Source: an uncultured virus (IMG/VR IMGVR_UViG_3300020414_000984) | Taxonomy: Duplodnaviria; Heunggongvirae; Uroviricota; Caudoviricetes; Crassvirales | Strand: one strand, 5' to 3' | DNA length: 64,000 nt | Virus record (IMG/VR): IMGVR_UViG_3300020414_000984 | Part shown: positions 39,115 through 46,548 of the stretch, in pieces | How positions within the stretch are numbered: the stretch's first letter is position 1 | Layout: every line of letters begins with the position of its first letter | Notes under the pieces: model-generated | What the model saw: the letters and a program-made list of their open reading frames with translations, nothing else | Told to the model about the DNA's origin: nothing | The model's database searches: none | Program-made: the position numbers and the translations under genes

Positions 39115-39562
39115 TTTTGTTACAGATTTTTCGTTTGTCAATAATATAATAACGCCAGTAACCGTGTATAGCATTTACCATTTTGTATTCGTCTGGCATA
39201 CACTGTGGTGGGTCTGTCCACTCATAGCTAGTTATATTAGCAGGTGGTGTCGCTAAGAAATCTCTACATTTAATTATAGTGAGATGCTCTTTACCATATC
39301 GTTTAGTATATTCTTTACCCAATGCAATCATATGGTCATATAACCACATATAATTTGGTATAGAAGTTCTACACCATATAGTTGATGGGTGATTAAGGTG
39401 AGCCTGTTTGTAAGGTATATGTAACTTTTGTTCTGAACTACCATACACGTGGTGTGCAGTACAAAGCATTTGAGCAGACTCTAATATCATTTTTACTTTA
39501 TGCTTATCGTAAACATAAGACGCTGCTTTTGCGGGGTCGTGGTGTAAGAAAAATATATTCAT
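38987..39562 (-). CDS. Pyrimidine-dimer DNA glycosylase-like (DenV superfamily)
   Basis: MNIF.L..DP...A....DKH..KMILESAQML, HLNHPS.IW, EY..RYGK.H and PPQCMPD motifs. Confidence 0.85.
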   Translation of the reverse strand: MNIFFLHHDPAKAASYVYDKHKVKMILESAQMLCTAHHVYGSSEQKLHIPYKQAHLNHPSTIWCRTSIPNYMWLYDHMIALGKEYTKRYGKEHLTIIKCRDFLATPPANITSYEWTDPPQCMPDEYKMVNAIHGYWRYYIIDKRKICNKNETPYDYNTVPREVIETYYNTIDSNQFVSSNSDIHKLQFTAG

Positions 39563-39819
39563 AGTTTTTTTTGTAAATAGTTAATTCGTTTATTAATTAC
39601 TGCAGCTTTTTCATATTCTTCAGTTACTAAATACTCTTGTAATATTAATTTTAGATTATTTATTTCTTGTTTAATATCGTCTTCAGGTGTTTTAATACTT
39701 TCGTATATATCATTATTAATAACATCTAGCCCATAAGTTGCAGTATCTGGGTCTAAAAATTCTTCGTATAAATCTTTCTTTATACGATTATATAATGCTT
39801 GGTATTCTTCCTCGCTCAT
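39559..39819 (-). CDS. Small protein with C-terminal UVR (UvrB/C) motif
   Basis: EEYEKAAVINKRI; start just downstream of an early promoter. Confidence 0.6.
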   Translation of the reverse strand: MSEEEYQALYNRIKKDLYEEFLDPDTATYGLDVINNDIYESIKTPEDDIKQEINNLKLILQEYLVTEEYEKAAVINKRINYLQKKL

Positions 39820-39822
39820 ATT

Positions 39823-39856
39823 TATATTATCCATAGGTTTTCGTGTTTAGTCTGTA
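39823..39856 (-). promoter_or_regulatory. Early promoter motif, copy 1
   Basis: Minus strand TACAGACTAAACACGAaaacctaTGGATAATATA. Confidence 0.75.
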
Positions 39857-40398
39857 GTTAGTATATCAATTATTTTTTGAGCACTAGCTCTAATTTTATT
39901 GTAATCTGATATTTCTTTTGCATTTTTAAATTTACCTTTAGGTATTTCTGGAACATCACCGAATCTAGTTTTGCCATTTTTAAAATCAGTATATGCCATA
40001 TCACTCTTATACTTTTCAATTATTTTATTAGCGGGTAAAACAAATATACATTGCTCTGTATATCTATCGTGACAAGCAACCATGGTTCTATCTTTATCAC
40101 CACTCCATATTATATATGTATATTGGTGGTCTACATTATCTACGTCGGAATATAAGTAGCAACTGTCATAATACATATCATATACTAATTTAGATGCCAT
40201 TGCCGAACCATCTTGTCTGTTATTTACATTTAACCAATTAGCTATTTGTACCGCTTGCCATTCAGGATAACCGTCATGATGATGATACATATGTACATAA
40301 CTGTGGTTGGTTACATGTTCAGGGTGTATAGCAAGGCCATAACTACTACCCCTTGCGTGTCTTCGGTCTACGACCATAATTAAATTTCTAGTTGCCAT
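39847..40398 (-). CDS. Early hypothetical protein (YxHxDGYP family)
   Basis: MATR...YHHHDGYPE motif. Confidence 0.7.
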   Translation of the reverse strand: MATRNLIMVVDRRHARGSSYGLAIHPEHVTNHSYVHMYHHHDGYPEWQAVQIANWLNVNNRQDGSAMASKLVYDMYYDSCYLYSDVDNVDHQYTYIIWSGDKDRTMVACHDRYTEQCIFVLPANKIIEKYKSDMAYTDFKNGKTRFGDVPEIPKGKFKNAKEISDYNKIRASAQKIIDILTTD

Positions 40399-40654
40399 AT
40401 TCTATATTTTCGTTATTAGTTACCATCCATTCGCAATCACCTAATCTGTGACCTGCACCTAATAAAAATGCTTCACAGGATTCATGGTCTGGATTCCATT
40501 CATTATCTTCATTACATAGTTTTGTAATATTATATCTATATACTTTACCGTCATTAAAATCTAGTATAAATATATATTTAGCTCGTGCTATTCTGTGATG
40601 AGCCGGTCTTATATCTGTACCGTGCTCTAATTCGTATGCTTTACTTGTATTCAT
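40388..40654 (-). CDS. Early hypothetical protein
   Basis: ORF track; overlaps both neighbours. Confidence 0.6.
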   Translation of the reverse strand: MNTSKAYELEHGTDIRPAHHRIARAKYIFILDFNDGKVYRYNITKLCNEDNEWNPDHESCEAFLLGAGHRLGDCEWMVTNNENIEYGN

Positions 40655-41106
40655 TCTTCTTCGTATTTATATTCACCTGAGTCTAGTAATTCATCTTTGT
40701 ATTGGTCCCAAAACTCTTCATATATATCTTGCCACCACTCTGCTAGTCTATGGTTAAAATCATATTCCATATCATCCCATATATGATTTTCTATCCACAC
40801 ATCATTACCACTAGTTAATTCATCTACTGCCCTATCTGACCAGTCAGAATAATCTTCATAATAATAACCGTCTTGTGATACATATGGTCTATCCTCATGA
40901 GTACACCAAAATATATCATAACTATCACAAGTTGATTCACTATATATTTTTAAAGTCCATTTGTCATCTACAAAATCGCTTGTAGTATCTAGTTTACCAC
41001 CATATTCTGTTTCAATATATTCTAGTAACCAAGGACCATCAGGCTCTTCCATGAAGCCGTCCATTTCTAATTTTTCTTTGATTATTTCATCCGTTAAAAT
41101 TTCCAT
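40651..41106 (-). CDS. Highly acidic, aromatic-rich early protein
   Basis: D/E/W/Y-rich; real start MEILTD (the track ORF runs through the tRNA). Confidence 0.65.
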   Translation of the reverse strand: MEILTDEIIKEKLEMDGFMEEPDGPWLLEYIETEYGGKLDTTSDFVDDKWTLKIYSESTCDSYDIFWCTHEDRPYVSQDGYYYEDYSDWSDRAVDELTSGNDVWIENHIWDDMEYDFNHRLAEWWQDIYEEFWDQYKDELLDSGEYKYEEE

Positions 41107-41127
41107 AATTAATTGATTTTCAGTTAG

Positions 41128-41202
41128 TTGCGGGAGGTAGATTCGAACTACCGACCTTCGGGTTATGAGCCCGACGAGCTGACCAAACTGCTCCATCCCG
41201 CT
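41128..41202 (-). tRNA. Initiator tRNA-fMet (CAT)
   Basis: Cloverleaf AGCGGGA...TCGGGCT-CAT-AACCCGA...TTCGAAT...TCCCGCAA; three G-C pairs in the anticodon stem and a 1:72 mismatch; no encoded CCA. Confidence 0.93.
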
Positions 41203-41209
41203 ATAATAT

Positions 41210-41405
41210 TTTCGGGGGAAGAAACCCCAGCAGTCTCTTCTCATTACAGGTGATTCACATATCGGCACTTAGTCCCTAATGTGATTTGTCTTGGGAGTCA
41301 CCAACCCTTAAACGAGCCATTCACTTATGTGGTGTAACGGAATTTTACCGTACTTGGTTTGAACCACCGTGCTAAACTTGCACACCCTAATTAAGCTACT
41401 CGTCT
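41210..41405 (-). ncRNA. Putative structured non-coding RNA
   Basis: GC-elevated intergenic region with several nested helices (see finding). Confidence 0.5.
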
Positions 41406-41597
41406 CTATTTTCTTCGCCAAGCTTTGTGCACCGAAGCCGAAACTTCTGGTGACACAACTTGGATTGTATTACCGGTCTTGCCGTTGATAATTGGAACGT
41501 AACTATATTGTTGTATAGCACTGCAGGAGACACAATTACTATAACCTAAGGCGATACGACCAGCCGGTATTATATTTGAACATTTACATTTTTTCAT
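41406..41597 (-). CDS. Small zinc-finger protein
   Basis: CKC...IP.GR..LGY..CVSC. Confidence 0.65.
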   Translation of the reverse strand: MKKCKCSNIIPAGRIALGYSNCVSCSAIQQYSYVPIINGKTGNTIQVVSPEVSASVHKAWRRK

Positions 41598-41602
41598 ACA
41601 CA

Positions 41603-41636
41603 TATATTATCCAATTGAGTTCGTGTTTAGTCTGTA
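41603..41636 (-). promoter_or_regulatory. Early promoter motif, copy 2
   Basis: Minus strand TACAGACTAAACACGAactcaatTGGATAATATA. Confidence 0.75.
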
Positions 41637-41830
41637 CTTGGGTTAGCTTCTAACCAATTCAGCATATATTCAATTGTTCTTCTCATTATTGCTGTTTTTA
41701 CTTGTTGATAGTCGTCACCCTCTAAGTTTTCTATTTCAGGTATACCATCAACAGCCCAGTCAATTGAGTCGTCTAATTGTTCTAAACACACTTCGTGTAA
41801 GTATTCTGCTACTCTGTCTATTTCTTTCAT
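41627..41830 (-). CDS. Early hypothetical acidic protein
   Basis: ORF track; likely start MKEIDRV. Confidence 0.6.
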   Translation of the reverse strand: MKEIDRVAEYLHEVCLEQLDDSIDWAVDGIPEIENLEGDDYQQVKTAIMRRTIEYMLNWLEANPSTD

Positions 41831-41831
41831 T

Positions 41832-42032
41832 TTACCCATTTGTATAATCTTTTTCAATTGTTAAACCTAATTCATTTGCAACATAGTTAATATGTTTTTG
41901 AGTTGTTACACTCCACCATCCGTGTTGTATTAACTTTCCCGGATATTCGATCGTTGCGACGTGTGTTGAGTAAGACCATATATCATTACCAACTCGTCTT
42001 AAATTTTCTTTATATCTATTAAACTTTCTCAT
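41832..42032 (-). CDS. Early hypothetical protein (WSY.THVA...WSVTTQKHINY)
   Basis: ORF track; likely start MRKFNRY. Confidence 0.65.
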   Translation of the reverse strand: MRKFNRYKENLRRVGNDIWSYSTHVATIEYPGKLIQHGWWSVTTQKHINYVANELGLTIEKDYTNG

Positions 42033-42228
42033 ATAATTCTTTATTTGCGTTAGCGAGAGCTTGTCTCCACTCCCATTCTTTTTTCCTGTACTCATAGCTA
42101 TTACACCACTTGTACCATGCTCTTGTTAAGTTGTTAGAGCCATACTTTGCTTCAAACTCTTCAACTTGCTTTAGCTTGTTAGCTATTTTTACTGGGTCAA
42201 AATCTTTAAATTGTGTCAACTTTTTCAT
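42019..42228 (-). CDS. Early hypothetical protein
   Basis: ORF track; likely start MKKLTQF. Confidence 0.55.
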   Translation of the reverse strand: MKKLTQFKDFDPVKIANKLKQVEEFEAKYGSNNLTRAWYKWCNSYEYRKKEWEWRQALANANKELYEKV

Positions 42229-42454
42229 CTGTAAATAGTTTATTTCCGTATTTAAAATCAACTCTATCCCACTCGAATTCATTTACATCACCCCAGATTA
42301 GTAAATCTTTGATAGTACGCATAGTTAAGTCATTGTACATAGTAAATCTGTGTAGTTCAGCAATTACTTCGCGTGGACCCAACTCATATTTCTGTGAGTT
42401 TTGTTTTAGCTTTGCTTTGATTTCTGGCTTTAGTCTTTGGTATAGTGTTTTCAT
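42206..42454 (-). CDS. Early hypothetical protein (MKTLYQRLKPEIK)
   Basis: Downstream of promoter copy 3. Confidence 0.6.
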   Translation of the reverse strand: MKTLYQRLKPEIKAKLKQNSQKYELGPREVIAELHRFTMYNDLTMRTIKDLLIWGDVNEFEWDRVDFKYGNKLFTDEKVDTI

Positions 42455-42475
42455 ATTATTATTATTTGTTACATT

Positions 42476-42509
42476 ATTATTATCCAATCTTATTCGTGTT
42501 TAGTCTGTA
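42476..42509 (-). promoter_or_regulatory. Early promoter motif, copy 3
   Basis: Minus strand TACAGACTAAACACGAataagatTGGATAATAAT. Confidence 0.75.
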
Positions 42510-42722
42510 ATAGTCATTCCACCTGTGATTATAAGCATATTGTTTACCTTTAGTATAACTCTTTTTACCTTCTACTTTGTATCTTCTTCCACCCATTCCT
42601 TTACACTCACCATATACTTTTAGTATTTCAGTATGGTTATGACTTCTTTGTTTTCTTTTCATTTTATTGTAAGCAATTAATTCTTTCATTGACCTACATA
42701 CATAGTATATTTCACCTTTCAT
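42480..42722 (-). CDS. Early basic hypothetical protein
   Basis: ORF track. Confidence 0.55.
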   Translation of the reverse strand: MKGEIYYVCRSMKELIAYNKMKRKQRSHNHTEILKVYGECKGMGGRRYKVEGKKSYTKGKQYAYNHRWNDYYRLNTNKIG

Positions 42723-42795
42723 TTCTTAAATCTTTTATATATGTTATACTTCCGTCTTTATTTATTATGTACCAATTCTTATCTATACACATAGT

Positions 42796-43014
42796 TTACT
42801 TATTTAATTCAGTTAATATATCTTCTAACATTTCTATGCTTGTTGATTTTAATCTTTCGTCAAACCACTCTTGATTTACTATATTATTATTTAATATATA
42901 GTTACATATTATTGTTTCATTGTTTACGTCTTCTTCACTTCCCCAATAGTCTTTAACTTCTTTGTGTTTAACTATTTCGTTTTTAGTAAATTCTATAATT
43001 TCTTTTTTATTCAT
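42796..43014 (-). CDS. Early hypothetical protein
   Basis: ORF track. Confidence 0.55.
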   Translation of the reverse strand: MNKKEIIEFTKNEIVKHKEVKDYWGSEEDVNNETIICNYILNNNIVNQEWFDERLKSTSIEMLEDILTELNK

Positions 43015-43201
43015 TGTCTTGGTATATTTGGTTTAATATTTGTTTAAGTGCTATTTTCTTTGTTTTCTTATCTTCTATGTTGTAATGAGTATTAAGTATA
43101 AATTTAATATTTTTCTTAACAGTTTTTTTATCATCACCTAATTCTATTAACTCTTTAATTAGCTTTAATTTTTTTCTATCTAAGTAATATTTATTATTCA
43201 C
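43007..43201 (-). CDS. Early hypothetical protein
   Basis: ORF track; GTG start downstream of promoter copy 4. Confidence 0.5.
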   Translation of the reverse strand: MNNKYYLDRKKLKLIKELIELGDDKKTVKKNIKFILNTHYNIEDKKTKKIALKQILNQIYQDNE

Positions 43202-43227
43202 TTTATTTATTTTTTTATAGTTACATA

Positions 43228-43261
43228 CATATTATCCATTTGCTTTCGTATTTAGCTTGTA
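43228..43261 (-). promoter_or_regulatory. Early promoter motif, copy 4
   Basis: Minus strand TACAAGCTAAATACGAaagcaaaTGGATAATATG. Confidence 0.7.
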
Positions 43262-43340
43262 CAAAAGTAGTTAATTTGTTTAATAGTAAATAAAGTATTG
43301 TAGGTATTGTACTAAGTCTCTTTGTGTATAAAGTAGTTTT

Positions 43341-43390
43341 AGTGACATTAGGTAGTAAATATAGTAATAATAAATAGCAAATGTCACACT
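43341..43390 (+). repeat. TGACA-N~35-TGTCAC element, copy 2 (candidate origin)
   Basis: aGTGACATTAG...aaatagcaaaTGTCAC, followed by more TGAC/GTCA half-sites up to about 43445. Confidence 0.6.
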
Positions 43391-43497
43391 ATTTACCTAA
43401 ATGACGCAATGTCATGTTAGTAACTTGATATGACAATACGACATACGGTGAATTTCCGGCACAGTTTTTGCTATACGCAATGCTATACATTGCTATA

Positions 43498-43529
43498 CAG
43501 CTTCACCCAAGCCGTAGCTCAGGTTGCTG
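43498..43529 (-). other. Stable cUACGg tetraloop hairpin
   Basis: Minus strand cagc-a-acctgagc-TACG-gcttgggt-gaa-gctg. Confidence 0.6.
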
Positions 43530-43548
43530 TTGAGGATGAGTTTCTCTT

Positions 43549-43854
43549 TTACTTTTCTAGTTCAACTCTTTCAAGTACTACATCTCTCACATTAGTTGGC
43601 ATGTCTGTGGACTGTGACCAGTAACCTCTCTTTAACCAGCATGGCATTATGCTTAGCTTTGGCAACATTACTTTAAGAACCTCGTCGTGATTGTAAGTAA
43701 TCTTTTGATTCTTGTTATTAGTAAAGGTTATTATCTGACCTCTCCCTTGCCATGACTTTCTTACTACAAAATTCTTTCTTGTTATTGGCGGAAAGATTTC
43801 TTTTAATTCTTTCTTGCTTAGTTTACTAATTGCTTGATTTAATTTAGTGTTCAT
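43549..43854 (-). CDS. Early hypothetical protein
   Basis: 101 aa (RKNFVVRKSW...YNHD); downstream of promoter copy 5. Confidence 0.7.
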   Translation of the reverse strand: MNTKLNQAISKLSKKELKEIFPPITRKNFVVRKSWQGRGQIITFTNNKNQKITYNHDEVLKVMLPKLSIMPCWLKRGYWSQSTDMPTNVRDVVLERVELEK

Positions 43855-43886
43855 AATATTTAATTTTATTTGTTATACTTATTTAC

Positions 43887-43920
43887 TTTATTATCCTTTT
43901 AGTTACGTATTTACTTTGTA
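43887..43920 (-). promoter_or_regulatory. Early promoter motif, copy 5
   Basis: Minus strand TACAAAGTAAATACGTaactaaaAGGATAATAAA. Confidence 0.65.
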
Positions 43921-43922
43921 CT

Positions 43923-44057
43923 CTACCAACCGCCGAACGTTATCGTGTAGTCGTTAAACATCAGATGATAGACGAGGTTAACGAATCCGAACGCGAACAG
44001 CGTCGTTAATCCTATTAAAACCGTGTTGATTGCGTAGTGTGAGAATTTTCTTTTCAT
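43923..44057 (-). CDS. First early gene: 44-aa membrane peptide
   Basis: MKRKFSHYAINTVLIGLTTLFAFGFVNLVYHLMFNDYTITFGGW, read from sequence; downstream of promoter copy 6. Confidence 0.6.
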   Translation of the reverse strand: MKRKFSHYAINTVLIGLTTLFAFGFVNLVYHLMFNDYTITFGGW

Positions 44058-44099
44058 AATGTATTATTTTTATTAGTTATTTTCTTAGTTATTTACATA

Positions 44100-44133
44100 C
44101 TTATTATCCATAGTGTCTCGTGTTACGCACGTA
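44100..44133 (-). promoter_or_regulatory. Early promoter motif, copy 6
   Basis: Minus strand TACGTGCGTAACACGAgacactaTGGATAATAAG. Confidence 0.65.
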
Positions 44134-44308
44134 AAAAGGCGAAACATCCGGAGCAAAACGTCGGAAACAGGGGCCGGTGGGGTAAAAAAAAGCGTTTTAG
44201 CTGAGGTGGTACGGGGGTAATACGTATGTGTAACCCATTTACTCATTATTTGTAACCTATCTTATAATATACGTATCTTATAATAAATAATGTTATTATT
44301 TATTTATA

Positions 44309-44356
44309 TATGACATTAGATATAATTATATAAATAGTAAGTAGCAAGTGTCACAT
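44309..44356 (+). repeat. TGACA-N~35-TGTCAC element, copy 3
   Basis: aTGACATTAG...ataaatagtaagtagcaagTGTCAC. Confidence 0.6.
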
Positions 44357-44374
44357 TATTAAAATTTTTAATTT

Positions 44375-44383
44375 ACAAGTGAT
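44375..44383 (+). promoter_or_regulatory. Putative late promoter (AYANGTRAT) opening the + strand arm
   Basis: acaaGTGAT, 9 nt, then the ATG at 44393. Confidence 0.55.
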
Positions 44384-44392
44384 TATATACAT

Positions 44393-44623
44393 ATGGCACA
44401 GAAATTAACACCCACAGCACGTAGAAAGAAAGCTACGAGAGACAAAAAATACGCTATGACTGAATGGGGTAAGTATAAAAAACGTACTGCTCAGAAGAAA
44501 AAGTGTAAAAAGGGTTATGATTATGACCATAGGCTCAAAAAGTGTGTAAAATCCTCTAAAAATAGAGCCGGAGGCAAAGGAGGTACTAAAAACGAAAAGA
44601 CCAAAAAGCGTTACGGGTACTAA
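44393..44623 (+). CDS. Small basic protein with HNH-like remnant
   Basis: K-rich; GYDYDH...NRA. Confidence 0.6.
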   Translation: MAQKLTPTARRKKATRDKKYAMTEWGKYKKRTAQKKKCKKGYDYDHRLKKCVKSSKNRAGGKGGTKNEKTKKRYGY

Positions 44624-44667
44624 AACCATACAATTTTGCACCATAACACTAATAAAAACCAAAACCA

Positions 44668-44955
44668 ATGACATTTTATTACAAAACCTACTCTTGGTCA
44701 CAAGGTGATGCAGGAGTGCCCGAAGAAACCAGAAAGCTTTGGGAACACATTTCAGACAAAAAGAACTGGAGAATTGTTCAACTACCAAATGGCTTCTATC
44801 AAGCCGAATATATTGATCTAGATGAAACCTGGGTCGATGTTACGAGGCGAGAAACGATAGAATCAGCTGAAAATGCTATTGATGGAAGCATCGATCATTA
44901 TAAAAAGAAGCTGGATTTCTTAAAAGGACCAAAAGTAGTAAAAACTTTCGAATAA
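44668..44955 (+). CDS. Hypothetical protein preceding groEL
   Basis: ORF track (KKNWRIVQLPNGFYQAE). Confidence 0.7.
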   Translation: MTFYYKTYSWSQGDAGVPEETRKLWEHISDKKNWRIVQLPNGFYQAEYIDLDETWVDVTRRETIESAENAIDGSIDHYKKKLDFLKGPKVVKTFE

Positions 44956-44982
44956 TAACCACTAACTAATAAATTTAATTAA

Positions 44983-46548
44983 ATGGAATATAATAATCCT
45001 AGTGAGATAGTAAAAAATCTGTCTTTCGGGGCAGATGCAAAAGATAAAATAATGCACGGGGTTGATAAACTAGCTGACGCAGTAAAGTCAACCCTTGGTG
45101 CTTCAGGAAAATGCGTGATATATGAAGACGCATTAGGTCGGCCGGTTATAACAAAAGATGGTGTAACGGTAGCAGAATCCGTAGTCTTATATGATCCGGT
45201 CGAAAATATAGGCGCTACCCTAATAAAGGAAGCGGCTAGGAATACAGTCAAAGAAGCTGGAGACGGCACAACAACAGCGACAGTGCTTGCGCAGGCATTG
45301 TTGCATTTAGCATATGCAAAGATCGGTAGCGAAGGTATACGTGATGTAAAATTAGGTATATCTTCCGCTCTCGATAAAGTGACTAAGCACTTACAGGAGG
45401 AAGCAATTCCCGTCAAGGATGACATGTTAAGATCCGTGAGTGCTATTAGTTGCAATAATGACGCAGCTCTTGGGGACATTATATCGCAAGCTTATTCAAA
45501 AGTTGGAAAGGATGGTGTCGTTCTTATGGAAGAGTCTGAGACCCATGACACTCAAGTAGTATTTGTTGAGGGCACAAGAATCAGTTGCGGGCTCAAATCG
45601 CCACATTTTATAACAGATAAGGATAAAGGTAAGGCAGTACTAGACAATCCGTACGTACTAATAGTTACTTCGCCAATACCAAATATACGTAAAATACAAA
45701 ATGTATTGGAGTTTGTTATTAAAAAGAAAAGGAGTTTATTAATCGTTGCAGGCGTAGAACAACAACCTTTAGCAGCTTTATTAGCTAATAAGGTAAAAGG
45801 CAATATAAAAGTTAATGTTGTAGATCTGCCTGGGTTCGGTCCAACTAAACAGGAAACTGTAGAAGACCTTGCGATATTAACCGGAGCAAAAATAATAAGT
45901 GAAGAACTTGGTGATGATTTAGATTTAATTGAGCCAGATGTACTTGGTGAAGTTAAACAAGCTATAACCGATGATAAACATACAGTTCTTCAAACTATAG
46001 ATCAAGGCGAAATTTCTAAAGAACGCGTTAAAAGCGTTGAAAAGAAAATAAAAAAAGAAAAAAATCCGTTCTTTAAGAAGAAGCTACAAGAACGTTTAGC
46101 CATGCTAAATGGGCAAGTAGCGATGATTAAAGTCGGAGCCGATTCTAAAATTGAATTAAAAGAAAAGAAAGATAGAGTTGAAGACGCTATATATGCAACT
46201 AAAGCAGCACTACAAGAAGGAATAGTATCTGGAGGGGGTGTTGCATTATTAGATGCTCATTATAGTATACAACCTGAAAATGAAGGCGAACGTATTTTAT
46301 TAGAAGCTATAAAAGCTCCATATAAAACTATTTTAGAAAACGCTAACTTAGAATATAAAGAAACAGGTAAACAAGGTACTGGTGTTAATGTTGTATGTAA
46401 CAAATCAGTAAACATGATTAAAGCTGGCATTATTGATCCTGTACTAGTAACTAAAACGGCACTAAAGAATGCAGTTAGTGTTGTTAATACTATAATTTCT
46501 GCAGATTGTATAATTTCTAATATAAGAGTAGATAATGCAAGCAGTTAA
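44983..46548 (+). CDS. groEL: Chaperonin GroEL (phage type)
   Basis: ITKDGVTVA, AGDGTTTATVLA, EKKDRVEDA, GGGVAL and GIIDP motifs. Confidence 0.96.
   Translation: MEYNNPSEIVKNLSFGADAKDKIMHGVDKLADAVKSTLGASGKCVIYEDALGRPVITKDGVTVAESVVLYDPVENIGATLIKEAARNTVKEAGDGTTTATVLAQALLHLAYAKIGSEGIRDVKLGISSALDKVTKHLQEEAIPVKDDMLRSVSAISCNNDAALGDIISQAYSKVGKDGVVLMEESETHDTQVVFVEGTRISCGLKSPHFITDKDKGKAVLDNPYVLIVTSPIPNIRKIQNVLEFVIKKKRSLLIVAGVEQQPLAALLANKVKGNIKVNVVDLPGFGPTKQETVEDLAILTGAKIISEELGDDLDLIEPDVLGEVKQAITDDKHTVLQTIDQGEISKERVKSVEKKIKKEKNPFFKKKLQERLAMLNGQVAMIKVGADSKIELKEKKDRVEDAIYATKAALQEGIVSGGGVALLDAHYSIQPENEGERILLEAIKAPYKTILENANLEYKETGKQGTGVNVVCNKSVNMIKAGIIDPVLVTKTALKNAVSVVNTIISADCIISNIRVDNASS

Noticed and set aside
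41107..41268. N-terminal 54 aa of track ORF 40651-41268
   Set aside because: It runs through the tRNA and the structured RNA; the real start is most likely 41106
43430..43624. + strand 64-aa ORF in the candidate origin region
   Set aside because: It opposes the local transcription direction and is made of repeats and the antisense of a real gene
39823..44133. Repeated 34-bp motif as a CRISPR array
   Set aside because: Spacing is irregular (about 200-1800 bp), copies are separated by genes, they are degenerate, and there are no cas genes
44979..45479. 166-aa antisense ORF, and similar antisense ORFs within nrdA, portal, muzzle, giant and fibre genes
   Set aside because: These are shadows of strongly coding genes, with no start context or recognisable motifs
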